Of a stretch of 32,000 bases of DNA, positions 18,154-26,180 are shown piece after piece. Source of the DNA: Candidatus Pacearchaeota archaeon (GTDB lineage Archaea > Nanobdellota > Nanobdellia > Pacearchaeales > GW2011-AR1); contig JAGVXI010000004.1 in assembly GCA_018303855.1 (NCBI GenBank), positions 1 to 32,000 on the forward strand, given 5' to 3'. Numbering within the stretch: the stretch's first letter is position 1; each line of letters starts with the position of its first letter. The position numbers and the translations under genes are program-made. The notes under the pieces were generated by a model. It was not told where the DNA came from and did not search any database. It saw nothing but the letters and a program-made list of their open reading frames with translations.

Positions 18154-18300
18154 GATTTGTGAAGATGCATAAAAAAGAAAACCAAGTTAATCTAAATACA
18201 AATTTTAATATATGTAAGCAATAAAATTTAAATTAAGTGGGGTTGTGTTAATAAGCTTTAATCATGTTATTGCTAAAACTTAATCTTAATTATACCAGGG

Positions 18301-19482
18301 TTAAACAATTTGTTTCCCACGTTCTTTATCACGCAAATGAACATTATTTTTTCTTGCTAATTTTACTATTGATTTCATAGCTTGAATGTATTTATTGTAT
18401 TTATGTTCTGCGTATTTTCCTATTGCTCCATCTTTTTTTGCATGTATTAGTGTATTTAATTTTCTTGCATAATCATCATATTTATCTTGTAGTTCTTCTT
18501 GTGTTCTTTGTCTTTCTCTCGCTTTTTTCTGCTCTTGAACTCGTTGTTCTACCTGTTGTTTTTGTTCTTCTTTAACTTGCTTAGCTGCTTTTTCCTTCAT
18601 GCTCTCTAAAAGCGCTTTTTCTAATTTTTCCTTTTCTTCCTTCATTTCCTGCTCTTCATGGACTTTTCTTTCTCTTTTTTCCCTTTGTTGCCTTTCCTCT
18701 CTCTGCTGTCTTTGTTCTCGTTCTATTCTCTCTCTTTCCTCTTTTTTTCTTTGTTCTTCTTCCTGTTTTTCCTGCACCTCTTTTTGAATTTGTCTTTGTT
18801 CCCGCTCTTGCTTTGAGCGTTGTATCCTTCTGTATCTTTCCATAACTTCTTGTCTTGAAAAACTTCTTGGTTGTATTATTGTTCTTGTTACTGGGCTTGG
18901 TTTATTATACCTAATTCCTAAATCATGATATGGCATTTCTTTTATTTTCTTTTTTCTTCTGAGCAATAAACCCCAGAAAATAAAGATTACTCCAAGTGTA
19001 AAAGCTAATCCCTTGTTATAAGCAAAAAAACCAAGTAAAAATAATATACCTCCTATTAAAAATAAAATGTTTGCAAATCCTATAAAAAACCCAAGCATTA
19101 TTAACAACACAACCCATAAAAAAGGAGAATAAAGGAAGTCATAATCTAATCCAATGTTATAAAATAAATCTGTGAAGTCAAATCCAATATAGTTTGCATA
19201 ATACATTAAACCAAAAGAAAATGCAAATGCCATGACTCCTGCAAGTGCATTGTGGTGTCCAAAAACTTTTCTTAAAAGAAAATAAATAATTGCAAACGAA
19301 ATAATAAATATAGATCCAAGAATTATTGTGTCTGGTCCAATAGTGTACCATAAATCAGTTAGTGAAAAGCTGTTATAATAGCCAGTGTTAAAATTGGTAA
19401 AATCCGACAAGCTGAATTGTGCATTAACCAAATTAGATAAAATTACCATTAAGAACAATGTTGCCAAAATCCTCTTTTTCAT
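18301..19482 (-). CDS. Multi-pass membrane protein with a long C-terminal E/R/K/Q-rich helical region
   Basis: Signal-like N-terminus, several hydrophobic helices, then about 120 residues of E/R/K/Q repeats (EREQRQIQKEVQEKQEEEQRKKEERERIEREQRQQREERQQREKRERK...). Confidence 0.7.
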   Translation of the reverse strand: MKKRILATLFLMVILSNLVNAQFSLSDFTNFNTGYYNSFSLTDLWYTIGPDTIILGSIFIISFAIIYFLLRKVFGHHNALAGVMAFAFSFGLMYYANYIGFDFTDLFYNIGLDYDFLYSPFLWVVLLIMLGFFIGFANILFLIGGILFLLGFFAYNKGLAFTLGVIFIFWGLLLRRKKKIKEMPYHDLGIRYNKPSPVTRTIIQPRSFSRQEVMERYRRIQRSKQEREQRQIQKEVQEKQEEEQRKKEERERIEREQRQQREERQQREKRERKVHEEQEMKEEKEKLEKALLESMKEKAAKQVKEEQKQQVEQRVQEQKKARERQRTQEELQDKYDDYARKLNTLIHAKKDGAIGKYAEHKYNKYIQAMKSIVKLARKNNVHLRDKERGKQIV

Positions 19483-19646
19483 ATTTTATTAAAGAAAATG
19501 TTTTTTATAAATCTTGTTTTATCAGGTTAATTTATCAATTCAAAATAGAAAGTTGGTTAATAAAAAGAGAGTATGTTAAGAAACTTAATATTATCTCTCT
19601 TGGTTTTGAGTTATCAGTTATTTCCGATGTCTAAATAATTTAGTTG

Positions 19647-20213
19647 TTACCTTTCCCATGGGTATCTTGGCTTTGCTTTGTTTTTTACCCCAAAAATAAT
19701 TCCTGAAATAATCACCATAATTGTTCCAATTACTGCTAATAGTCCGGTTTCATATACCCAGCCAAAAACCGAGATGAGTATGAAAAACACGCCAATTGAA
19801 AACAATGTTTTTTCTGCCCCCCATTTAAATGATGCAAATGCAGCAAATCCAATAAATGCAAGGAGTATTAACGGGGCAAATTCGTCTACGGCAAATTCAA
19901 TGTCATAAAAAAATACTCCAACATCAAATCCTCTTAAATGTAAGCCGTAGGTGATTAATAATGAAACCGAAAATGCAACAATTCCTGCAATTACCGCATT
20001 TCCTTTAAAAAACTTAATTAGCGAGAAATAAATAAACCCAAATGAAATAAAGAATATGCAAGTTAAAAATACTGTTGAAGGCTCTAATGCATCTAAAAGA
20101 GTTCCCAATGAAAAACCCCCATACCCATAACTATAATAGCGAGGATAAGCACTGACAAAGTTAATTGCAAACAATGCAGTGATAAAACTCAGCAGCCAAT
20201 TCCTCTTTTGCAT
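19647..20213 (-). CDS. Multi-pass membrane protein, paralog of the N-terminal part of 18301..19482
   Basis: FSLGTLLDALEPSTVFLTCIFFISFGFIYFSLIKFFKGNAVIAGIVAFSVSLLITYGLHLRGFD aligns by eye with FSLTDLWYTIGPDTIILGSIFIISFAIIYFLLRKVFGHHNALAGVMAFAFSFGLMYYANYIGFD. Confidence 0.7.
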   Translation of the reverse strand: MQKRNWLLSFITALFAINFVSAYPRYYSYGYGGFSLGTLLDALEPSTVFLTCIFFISFGFIYFSLIKFFKGNAVIAGIVAFSVSLLITYGLHLRGFDVGVFFYDIEFAVDEFAPLILLAFIGFAAFASFKWGAEKTLFSIGVFFILISVFGWVYETGLLAVIGTIMVIISGIIFGVKNKAKPRYPWER

Positions 20214-20449
20214 AATTAAATTAAGCAGGTAGTTTTTATAAATGTTATTGAGGAGAACATTGGGATTAGTTAACTTAGATATGGGGTTTAAATAACTAAA
20301 TTTTAATGATAAATAGGGGGTGTAATAAGCATATGTTAAATAGTTTAATTAATAGTGTTTTAATATTAATTATCTTTTTTTAATATCTCAATTTAAACAA
20401 TAAACCAAAAAATCATAAAGTTTAATTACTTTATTTTGGTTGTTAATTT

Positions 20450-21238
20450 ATGGCTGAAAAAATTAGATCATATGACTTTTTTGGGAATATTGCTGTTGTA
20501 AGGTTTCCAAATAATTTTAGTGCTAAAGAAAAAAAGAAATTTTCTGTAAAATTAATGAAAGAGCAAAAGTCAGTTCAAACAGTGCTTGAGAAAGTTGGGA
20601 AGATTAAAGGAAGATTAAGAAAGATAAAAACAAAGTATGTTTCTGGCGAAAGAACAAAAGAGGTGCTGTATAAAGAAAATAACTGCGTTTTCAGGTTTAA
20701 TATTGATTCAACTTATTTTTCTCCGAGATTGAGCAATGAGAGAAAGGAAATTGCGGGCAAGATTAAACAAGGTGAAAATGTTTTGGTTATGTTTGCAGGT
20801 GTTGCTCCTTTTTCAATTGTTATTGCTAAAAATTCCCGTGCTATCAAGGTGGTTAGTGTTGAAATTAATCGTGAAGCAAGCAAATATGCTAAATTAAATG
20901 TTGAGCTGAACAAACTAAAAAATAAGGTTGAAGTTATTCAGGGAGATGTGAAAAAAGTTGCAGTGAAATTGGCTAAAAAAGAGAAATTTGATGTTATTGT
21001 TATGCCCCGTCCGCAGCTTAAAGAGAGCTTTTTGAAGGAAGCTTTTAAGTTATGCAAGCGTGGAACAAAAATCTATTATTATGATTTTGGTAAAGAAGAT
21101 GAGATTAGTTTAATTGTTGAGAAGATAAAGTCTGAAGCTGACAAATACAAGTCACGGATTAAAATTTTAAAGGTGAAAAAAGCAGGTGAAATTGCGCCTT
21201 ATAAATACAGGTTTAGGGTCGATTTTAAGGTGATTTAG
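20450..21238 (+). CDS. trm5: tRNA (guanine37-N1)-methyltransferase Trm5 / Met-10 family
   Basis: YDFFGNIAVVRF, FRFNIDSTYFSPRLSNER, the SAM site VLVMFAGVAPFSIVIAK, VVSVEINREA, and FDVIVMPRP. Confidence 0.8.
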   Translation: MAEKIRSYDFFGNIAVVRFPNNFSAKEKKKFSVKLMKEQKSVQTVLEKVGKIKGRLRKIKTKYVSGERTKEVLYKENNCVFRFNIDSTYFSPRLSNERKEIAGKIKQGENVLVMFAGVAPFSIVIAKNSRAIKVVSVEINREASKYAKLNVELNKLKNKVEVIQGDVKKVAVKLAKKEKFDVIVMPRPQLKESFLKEAFKLCKRGTKIYYYDFGKEDEISLIVEKIKSEADKYKSRIKILKVKKAGEIAPYKYRFRVDFKVI

Positions 21239-21243
21239 TAAGG

Positions 21244-21251
21244 TTTATAAA
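21244..21251 (+). promoter_or_regulatory. TATA-box-like element upstream of ORF 21273
   Basis: TTTATAAA is centred about 25 nt upstream of the ATG at 21273, implying a leaderless or very short-leader transcript. Confidence 0.35.
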
Positions 21252-21272
21252 TTCGTATTATTCTTATTTTTT

Positions 21273-21665
21273 ATGGTAGCTTTGAACAAGAGTATAACTT
21301 TGTTTCATGGAACTTCAAAGGAAAATCTTGAAAAAGCTTTAGTAAATGGAATTTTACCTTGGAATGAAGTTGGGCAACATAATTGGGATACAGAGCAGGA
21401 TTTGTTTGGGTTTTATACGCCTATACCTGGGAATGTTTATATTGCTAAATTTGATAGGGCCAAGGATTATGCTCTTTATTTAAAAGAAAATGGGAAAACA
21501 AAACAACCAGTTGTTATAGAAGTTTTAGTGGATAAATCTAATTTAGTTAGTGATGAAGATGCTAAAGAAGATAATTGGCAAGATAGTTTAAAGGTTAATG
21601 GGACTTGCGCTCATGTTGGTTTTATTCCAGCATCAAAGATTATGGCAGTTTATAATTGTGCTTAA
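21273..21665 (+). CDS. Hypothetical protein; possible minimal ADP-ribosyltransferase fold (Tpt1/KptA-like)
   Basis: 130 aa. LFHGTSKENLEKALVNGILP, then GNVYIAKFDRAKDYA, PVVIEVLVDKSNL and NGTCAHVGFIPASKI loosely follow the Tpt1 ART-domain order (HGT...VHLS...A..vG...pvvL.Vd...NgVWL..vP). Low confidence in the function; moderate confidence that it is a real CDS. Confidence 0.45.
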   Translation: MVALNKSITLFHGTSKENLEKALVNGILPWNEVGQHNWDTEQDLFGFYTPIPGNVYIAKFDRAKDYALYLKENGKTKQPVVIEVLVDKSNLVSDEDAKEDNWQDSLKVNGTCAHVGFIPASKIMAVYNCA

Positions 21666-21688
21666 ATCTTTTTGTTAGGTATCAATCC

Positions 21689-22996
21689 TCAAATTTTCTT
21701 CCTAATCTTTACCGCAGTTGGAGCCTCGCCGCCATGCCATGTAAAGCGAGGGCGGACTCGCATTGGATAAATTCTCTCAGAATTATCATCAAGAAGAATT
21801 GCGCTTCCTTTTAAATCCGGCAGTTCGTCTATATACTTCTTTATGCTTGCTAAAAGATATGACTGCATTATATAATTCAACGACTCAACATCTGGCTGGC
21901 TTGTAACTCTGTGGGCAATAACAATGTCTGATTGAGTCATCACATCCCTGTTAATCATACCTGGTTGCTGTGTTGCTAATACAAGAGAAATTCCTGGCTG
22001 TCTCCCCTCTCTTAAAAGCTGAACCAAAGCATCTGTTGCAATTGTTTTGTTATTTAAGGGAAGAAATTCATGAGCTTCATCAATAAATATCCATACAAGG
22101 GGATCTTCTTTTCTTTTTGTTATCTCCGAGAATTCAAGCCCCTTTGCTACAGCCTCAACCTCTTCCTTTTTTCTTGCAGTCATTCTTTGATTAAAAATTT
22201 TTCTTGAAATTAAGCTGATTACTAATGCCCTCACATTAAACGCTCCAACTGCATTGTAAATACTTAGGTCAAGAACTGTTGTTGAACCTGCAGTTACTAA
22301 ATCTTTTGTTTGTGTCGGGTTGTCATATTTTCCTGCAAAAACACCCCAGGTTTGTGCTGCTTCAAACAAACCTGCTGCTGCATTTCTTATCTCTTGGGTG
22401 GTTTCTTTGTCTTGATTTATGCTGGATATGATATCATTAATGTCATATTTTTTTCCTTTTAATTTACTGAGTGTTCTTTCTATAATTACTGCAACAGGTT
22501 CAATAATATTTAGCCCAAAAGTTAAAATCCAGTCTTCTGCCTGCATTTCTGTGGTATCTAAAGCAAATTTTTCATCTGCTGGAATTCCTTTTTCAACATA
22601 CTCATCATAATAGCCAAAAGGAACAAAAATTTTTACTGGAAGATTTTTTGGCTCAAGTTGCCATTCACTTAGCAGGGTTTTGTCTTTTTGGTTCTGATAT
22701 TTCATTGTCCAGTAAATTCCCATTGTATCAAAGATTAGAGAAGCAATATTCTGGCTGAGCTCTTTTGGTAAATTTGATAGTTCTTCTGCAATTACTCCAA
22801 GCGTGTAAGATTTTCCAGAACCCCTCTTTCCAGCTACCAGGACAACATGGCTTCTGGCTATGTCCATGAATATCTTATTGCTTAATGAAGTATACTGCCC
22901 CATTTTTACATAGCCTTTGCCAAGAAAAATTAATCCTTTATCTTCCAGAGATTTTTTGTCATGCTCATCCCTTCCTGTTATTATGTCATACGGCAT
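21689..22996 (-). CDS. HerA/FtsK-superfamily ATPase (DUF87-like)
   Basis: Walker A VLVAGKRGSGKSYTLG, Walker B VWIFIDEAHEFLP, and REGRQPGISLVLATQQPGMINRDVMTQSDIVIAHRV, typical of HerA-like ATPases. Confidence 0.8.
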   Translation of the reverse strand: MPYDIITGRDEHDKKSLEDKGLIFLGKGYVKMGQYTSLSNKIFMDIARSHVVLVAGKRGSGKSYTLGVIAEELSNLPKELSQNIASLIFDTMGIYWTMKYQNQKDKTLLSEWQLEPKNLPVKIFVPFGYYDEYVEKGIPADEKFALDTTEMQAEDWILTFGLNIIEPVAVIIERTLSKLKGKKYDINDIISSINQDKETTQEIRNAAAGLFEAAQTWGVFAGKYDNPTQTKDLVTAGSTTVLDLSIYNAVGAFNVRALVISLISRKIFNQRMTARKKEEVEAVAKGLEFSEITKRKEDPLVWIFIDEAHEFLPLNNKTIATDALVQLLREGRQPGISLVLATQQPGMINRDVMTQSDIVIAHRVTSQPDVESLNYIMQSYLLASIKKYIDELPDLKGSAILLDDNSERIYPMRVRPRFTWHGGEAPTAVKIRKKI

Positions 22997-23117
22997 TTTT
23001 CTTTTTTTTGGACGTTTTTATTGTTTAATACAAGTATTTTATATTTTTAAATTGTTGGCATGATATATTAATTGGTTGATGTTACATTATAAGTATATCT
23101 TTGAATCCACCAAAACG

Positions 23118-23127
23118 TTTTTAAATA
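23118..23127 (+). promoter_or_regulatory. TATA-box-like element upstream of ORF 23147
   Basis: TTTTTAAATA is centred about 25 nt upstream of the ATG at 23147. Confidence 0.35.
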
Positions 23128-23146
23128 GGTTTTTCATTGGTTTGAA

Positions 23147-24160
23147 ATGGAGCCTGTAGAAGTGAAGAAAATTGAACAAAAAGTTGAAGAAAAAATAGAA
23201 GAGGGATTTATAAGCAAGTCAAAAAAAAATCCCTGGATTCTCTCTACATTAATCTTTGCTATTTTAGCATTGGGATTGGTTTTGATGAACCCTAATATCT
23301 CTGGGCGAATTACCGGAAATGTTATTTCTGCAAATAATGCTGCACAAAATTTACTGGGTTTTTATTTAAACAATGGTGCAGAAGGGTTGTCAGTTGATAG
23401 TGTTGAGACAGAATCTGGTTTATACAAAATTAACTTTCTTTTTCAGGGGCAGGTTGTTCCAATTTATATGACTAGAGATGGTAAGCTTGCAGGCAGTTTA
23501 AGCCCGCTTATGTTAAGTACCCAAACAAATACTCAAACAAATACTAATGATAATACAAATGTACAGCAAACTTCACAGGCTATGCCAAAATCTGATAAAC
23601 CAAAAGTTGAACTTTTTGTGATGAGTTATTGCCCTTATGGCACTCAAGCTGAAAAAGGACTACTTCCAGCTGTGGCATTGTTAGGGGATAAAATAGATTT
23701 CAAGTTAAGATTTGTTCACTACACTTTGCACGGTGAAAAAGAAGATATAGAGAATAATAGGCAGTTATGCATTAGAGAAGAACAAGGGCAAGACAAGTTA
23801 AATAAATATCTTGTTTGCATACTTGATTCAGATAACCCTAATGCTCCAAAAGATGTTAGTGTTTGCGAAAAAGAAGCAGGAATTGACAGTGCTAAATTGC
23901 AGACATGCTTAAAGAATAAAGCAGATAGTTATTTTGCTTCTGATTCTGCTTTAAGTCAGGGTTATGGAGTTCAAGGTAGCCCAACATTGGTTATTAATGG
24001 TGTTCAATCTTCTGCAGGAAGAAATCCTGCAAGTTATTTAAATGGCATTTGCGGTGCATTTAATAATGCTCCAAGTGAATGCAGTGAGCAATTATCAATA
24101 ACAAGCCCTTCAACAGGATTTGGTTACAAGACAGGAACAGATACAGTAGCCCAGTGTTGA
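23147..24160 (+). CDS. Membrane-anchored, Cys-rich thioredoxin-fold protein (DsbA/GILT-like) with a CPYG site
   Basis: One N-terminal TM helix (WILSTLIFAILALGLVLM) and a T/N/Q low-complexity linker (TQTNTQTNTNDNTN). Then VELFVMSYCPYGTQAEKGLLP at the position where the CxxC motif of the thioredoxin fold would sit. Several further Cys residues follow. Confidence 0.5.
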   Translation: MEPVEVKKIEQKVEEKIEEGFISKSKKNPWILSTLIFAILALGLVLMNPNISGRITGNVISANNAAQNLLGFYLNNGAEGLSVDSVETESGLYKINFLFQGQVVPIYMTRDGKLAGSLSPLMLSTQTNTQTNTNDNTNVQQTSQAMPKSDKPKVELFVMSYCPYGTQAEKGLLPAVALLGDKIDFKLRFVHYTLHGEKEDIENNRQLCIREEQGQDKLNKYLVCILDSDNPNAPKDVSVCEKEAGIDSAKLQTCLKNKADSYFASDSALSQGYGVQGSPTLVINGVQSSAGRNPASYLNGICGAFNNAPSECSEQLSITSPSTGFGYKTGTDTVAQC

Positions 24161-24230
24161 TAAATTTAGTTAGGGTGGTATGAAAGATTATCAATTGTGA
24201 ATAATTGCTATTGATCTTTACTAAGCAAGA

Positions 24231-24239
24231 TTTATATTA
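24231..24239 (+). promoter_or_regulatory. TATA-box-like element upstream of ORF 24260
   Basis: TTTATATTA is centred about 25 nt upstream of the ATG at 24260. Confidence 0.35.
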
Positions 24240-24259
24240 TAGTCAAAGCATTTTATTTT

Positions 24260-24517
24260 ATGGATAAACAGTTTGAACTTTATGACCCGCATCCTGGGTC
24301 TAAAGGTGCATTAATGCCTCTTCCAAAAGAAATGCAAGATGTTGCTAAAAGGTTAAATGGAAAGCGTATGACTTTAGAGGAAGCCCTTGCACAACTTGAA
24401 CCTTTTGCCAAAAAAACTTGTGGAAAAGTAGAAGCAGTCTTTAAATATAGCTTTATTTCTTATATTCAAGGACCGCACCATTATAGGCTATTAAGGTTTA
24501 AAGAGTTGGTTAAGTAA
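24260..24517 (+). CDS. Hypothetical protein
   Basis: 85-aa ORF with an ATG start and a TATA-like element upstream. No motif recognised. Confidence 0.45.
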   Translation: MDKQFELYDPHPGSKGALMPLPKEMQDVAKRLNGKRMTLEEALAQLEPFAKKTCGKVEAVFKYSFISYIQGPHHYRLLRFKELVK

Positions 24518-24673
24518 AATTCAGAATAAATTATCAAATTTCTATAAACATATTATAATTTAATTAATATCTGTAAGCAGTAGTTGTTTATCGTTTAGTA
24601 ATTCTTATGTCAAGATGCTAAATAAGCGATGTGTTAACACATTAATCATATTTTTGCTTTTTCCTGCAATCAT

Positions 24674-25843
24674 CTAATTATTCAAATACGCCAATTCTTC
24701 TTCATTGAGTTTTAATTGTTTTTGGATTTCTGAATTGGATTTGACAATTTGTTTTATTATAGAAAATTCAGCCATTGCCCGCTTTTCGCCGACATGAACA
24801 AGCTTTGAATATTTTTGCGCAATGCTTTTCTTTTTTGCATGCGCCTGGTTGTGCATCCAAATTTTTAAAATCCTCTCTGGCTTTTTATAGCTTGTAAAAC
24901 CTGTCTTTGCAGATTTTTTGGCTGCTGCAATTCCGTAACTGAGCAGTATGTTTTCATAAACAAGAAATCGCCAGTACTGTTGTTTGTATATTCTGCCTTT
25001 AAAAATATCTGCCTTGCTTAAATACTCATATGCTTTAGCAAGCTCTTCTCCTTTATATTCTGCAGGAATATTTTCCTCTATCCACAAAAGGATTTCATCT
25101 AAAGAAAGATTTACAGAATCAAATACATTCAATAATTCTGTTGTTGCCTTGTTTTTAAATATTAATCTAAGGGCATTAAAAATATCTATCTCTTTATTTC
25201 TTTCATCAAAAAAAGAAGGTTGAACTTCTTTGAAATTGGATATTGTCTGCAAGTCGTTTATTGCTGCCCTCACATCTCCTTTAACTTTTATTGCAATGCT
25301 TGTTAAGATGTCATTGCTTATGAAAAGATTTTCTTTTTTTAAAATGCTTATAAGAATTTCTTTTATTGTCCTATAGTCAATTTCTTTAATTTGTATTAAC
25401 TCGCATTTTTTTCTCAAGTCAGCAAATTTTTTGCCCCATATATTATTTGCTGTTATTATAACTGGATATGTCGTTATACTTATAAGGTATATGAGGGTAG
25501 AAATACTTCCCCAGTCTGATACAGAAAGCCCATCTACTTCATCTATTAGGATAATTTTTTTCTTTTTAGTAAGAGATTTTTGCTGAATTGCGGGTTTTAA
25601 TATGTTCTCTAATTTTTCCTTGTTTCTTAAATCAGAAGCGTTTAATTCAAAAATTTCTGCGTTAGTTTCCAATGCAGCTACATGTGCGAGAGTTGTTTTT
25701 CCTGTTCCAGGCGGACCATAAAGAATAACTGCTTTTTTTTCAAGCCCAAAATTTTTTGTAAAAGCTTTTATTTTTTCTACAGCTAACTGCTGTCCTTTTA
25801 TATCTATGAAACAAATTGGCCTGTGTTTTTCATTCCACGTCAT
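24674..25843 (-). CDS. rfcL: Replication factor C large subunit
   Basis: MTWNEKHRP start typical of RFC, Walker [12 protein letters not shown], Walker B IILIDEVD, sensor region ITAN. The ATG at 25843 is preferred over the upstream ATG at 25900. Confidence 0.9.
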   Translation of the reverse strand: MTWNEKHRPICFIDIKGQQLAVEKIKAFTKNFGLEKKAVILYGPPGTGKTTLAHVAALETNAEIFELNASDLRNKEKLENILKPAIQQKSLTKKKKIILIDEVDGLSVSDWGSISTLIYLISITTYPVIITANNIWGKKFADLRKKCELIQIKEIDYRTIKEILISILKKENLFISNDILTSIAIKVKGDVRAAINDLQTISNFKEVQPSFFDERNKEIDIFNALRLIFKNKATTELLNVFDSVNLSLDEILLWIEENIPAEYKGEELAKAYEYLSKADIFKGRIYKQQYWRFLVYENILLSYGIAAAKKSAKTGFTSYKKPERILKIWMHNQAHAKKKSIAQKYSKLVHVGEKRAMAEFSIIKQIVKSNSEIQKQLKLNEEELAYLNN

Positions 25844-26180
25844 TTTTTCTCTCAGCTCTTTTTTTTGTGTATTCTCTATATGCTGTTTTAAAATATGCAT
25901 CTACTGCAGGTTTTATATTCTGGATTATACTATCCTGGTTTTCATCTGAAGAATATTTTGTTGTTATTTTTTCTTTTATTATTCGATTTTCTGCAGTTAT
26001 TCCAATCTTTTCTAAAACCCAGCCTTCAAGTTCAGTATATTCCATTAATGATAATGTTCCTCTGCTCTTTATTTCTTTTTGTTCTCCAAGTAATCCATAA
26101 ATCGCTTGTTTTATTATAGTCAATTCTTCAGGGGTTAATTCTCTTAACTCTCCTTTTCTTGTTTTTGCTTCTAAATTCAT
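25830..26180 (-). CDS. Hypothetical protein encoded between rfcS and rfcL
   Basis: 116 aa. Its ATG overlaps the rfcS TGA (minus strand ATGA at 26180..26177), and its 3' end overlaps the preferred rfcL start by 14 nt. The plus-strand ORFs here are hydrophobic shadows. Confidence 0.55.
   Translation of the reverse strand: MNLEAKTRKGELRELTPEELTIIKQAIYGLLGEQKEIKSRGTLSLMEYTELEGWVLEKIGITAENRIIKEKITTKYSSDENQDSIIQNIKPAVDAYFKTAYREYTKKRAERKNDVE

Noticed and set aside
18599-18787. 62-aa plus-strand ORF rich in S/C/L/F
   Set aside because: It is the reverse-frame artefact of the E/R/K/Q repeat region of the membrane protein gene.
25816-26119. Plus-strand ORFs 25816..26100 and 25895..26119 opposite the rfcS-rfcL interposed ORF
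   Set aside because: They are strongly hydrophobic and low-complexity. The minus-strand ORF has coupled start and stop geometry with the RFC genes.
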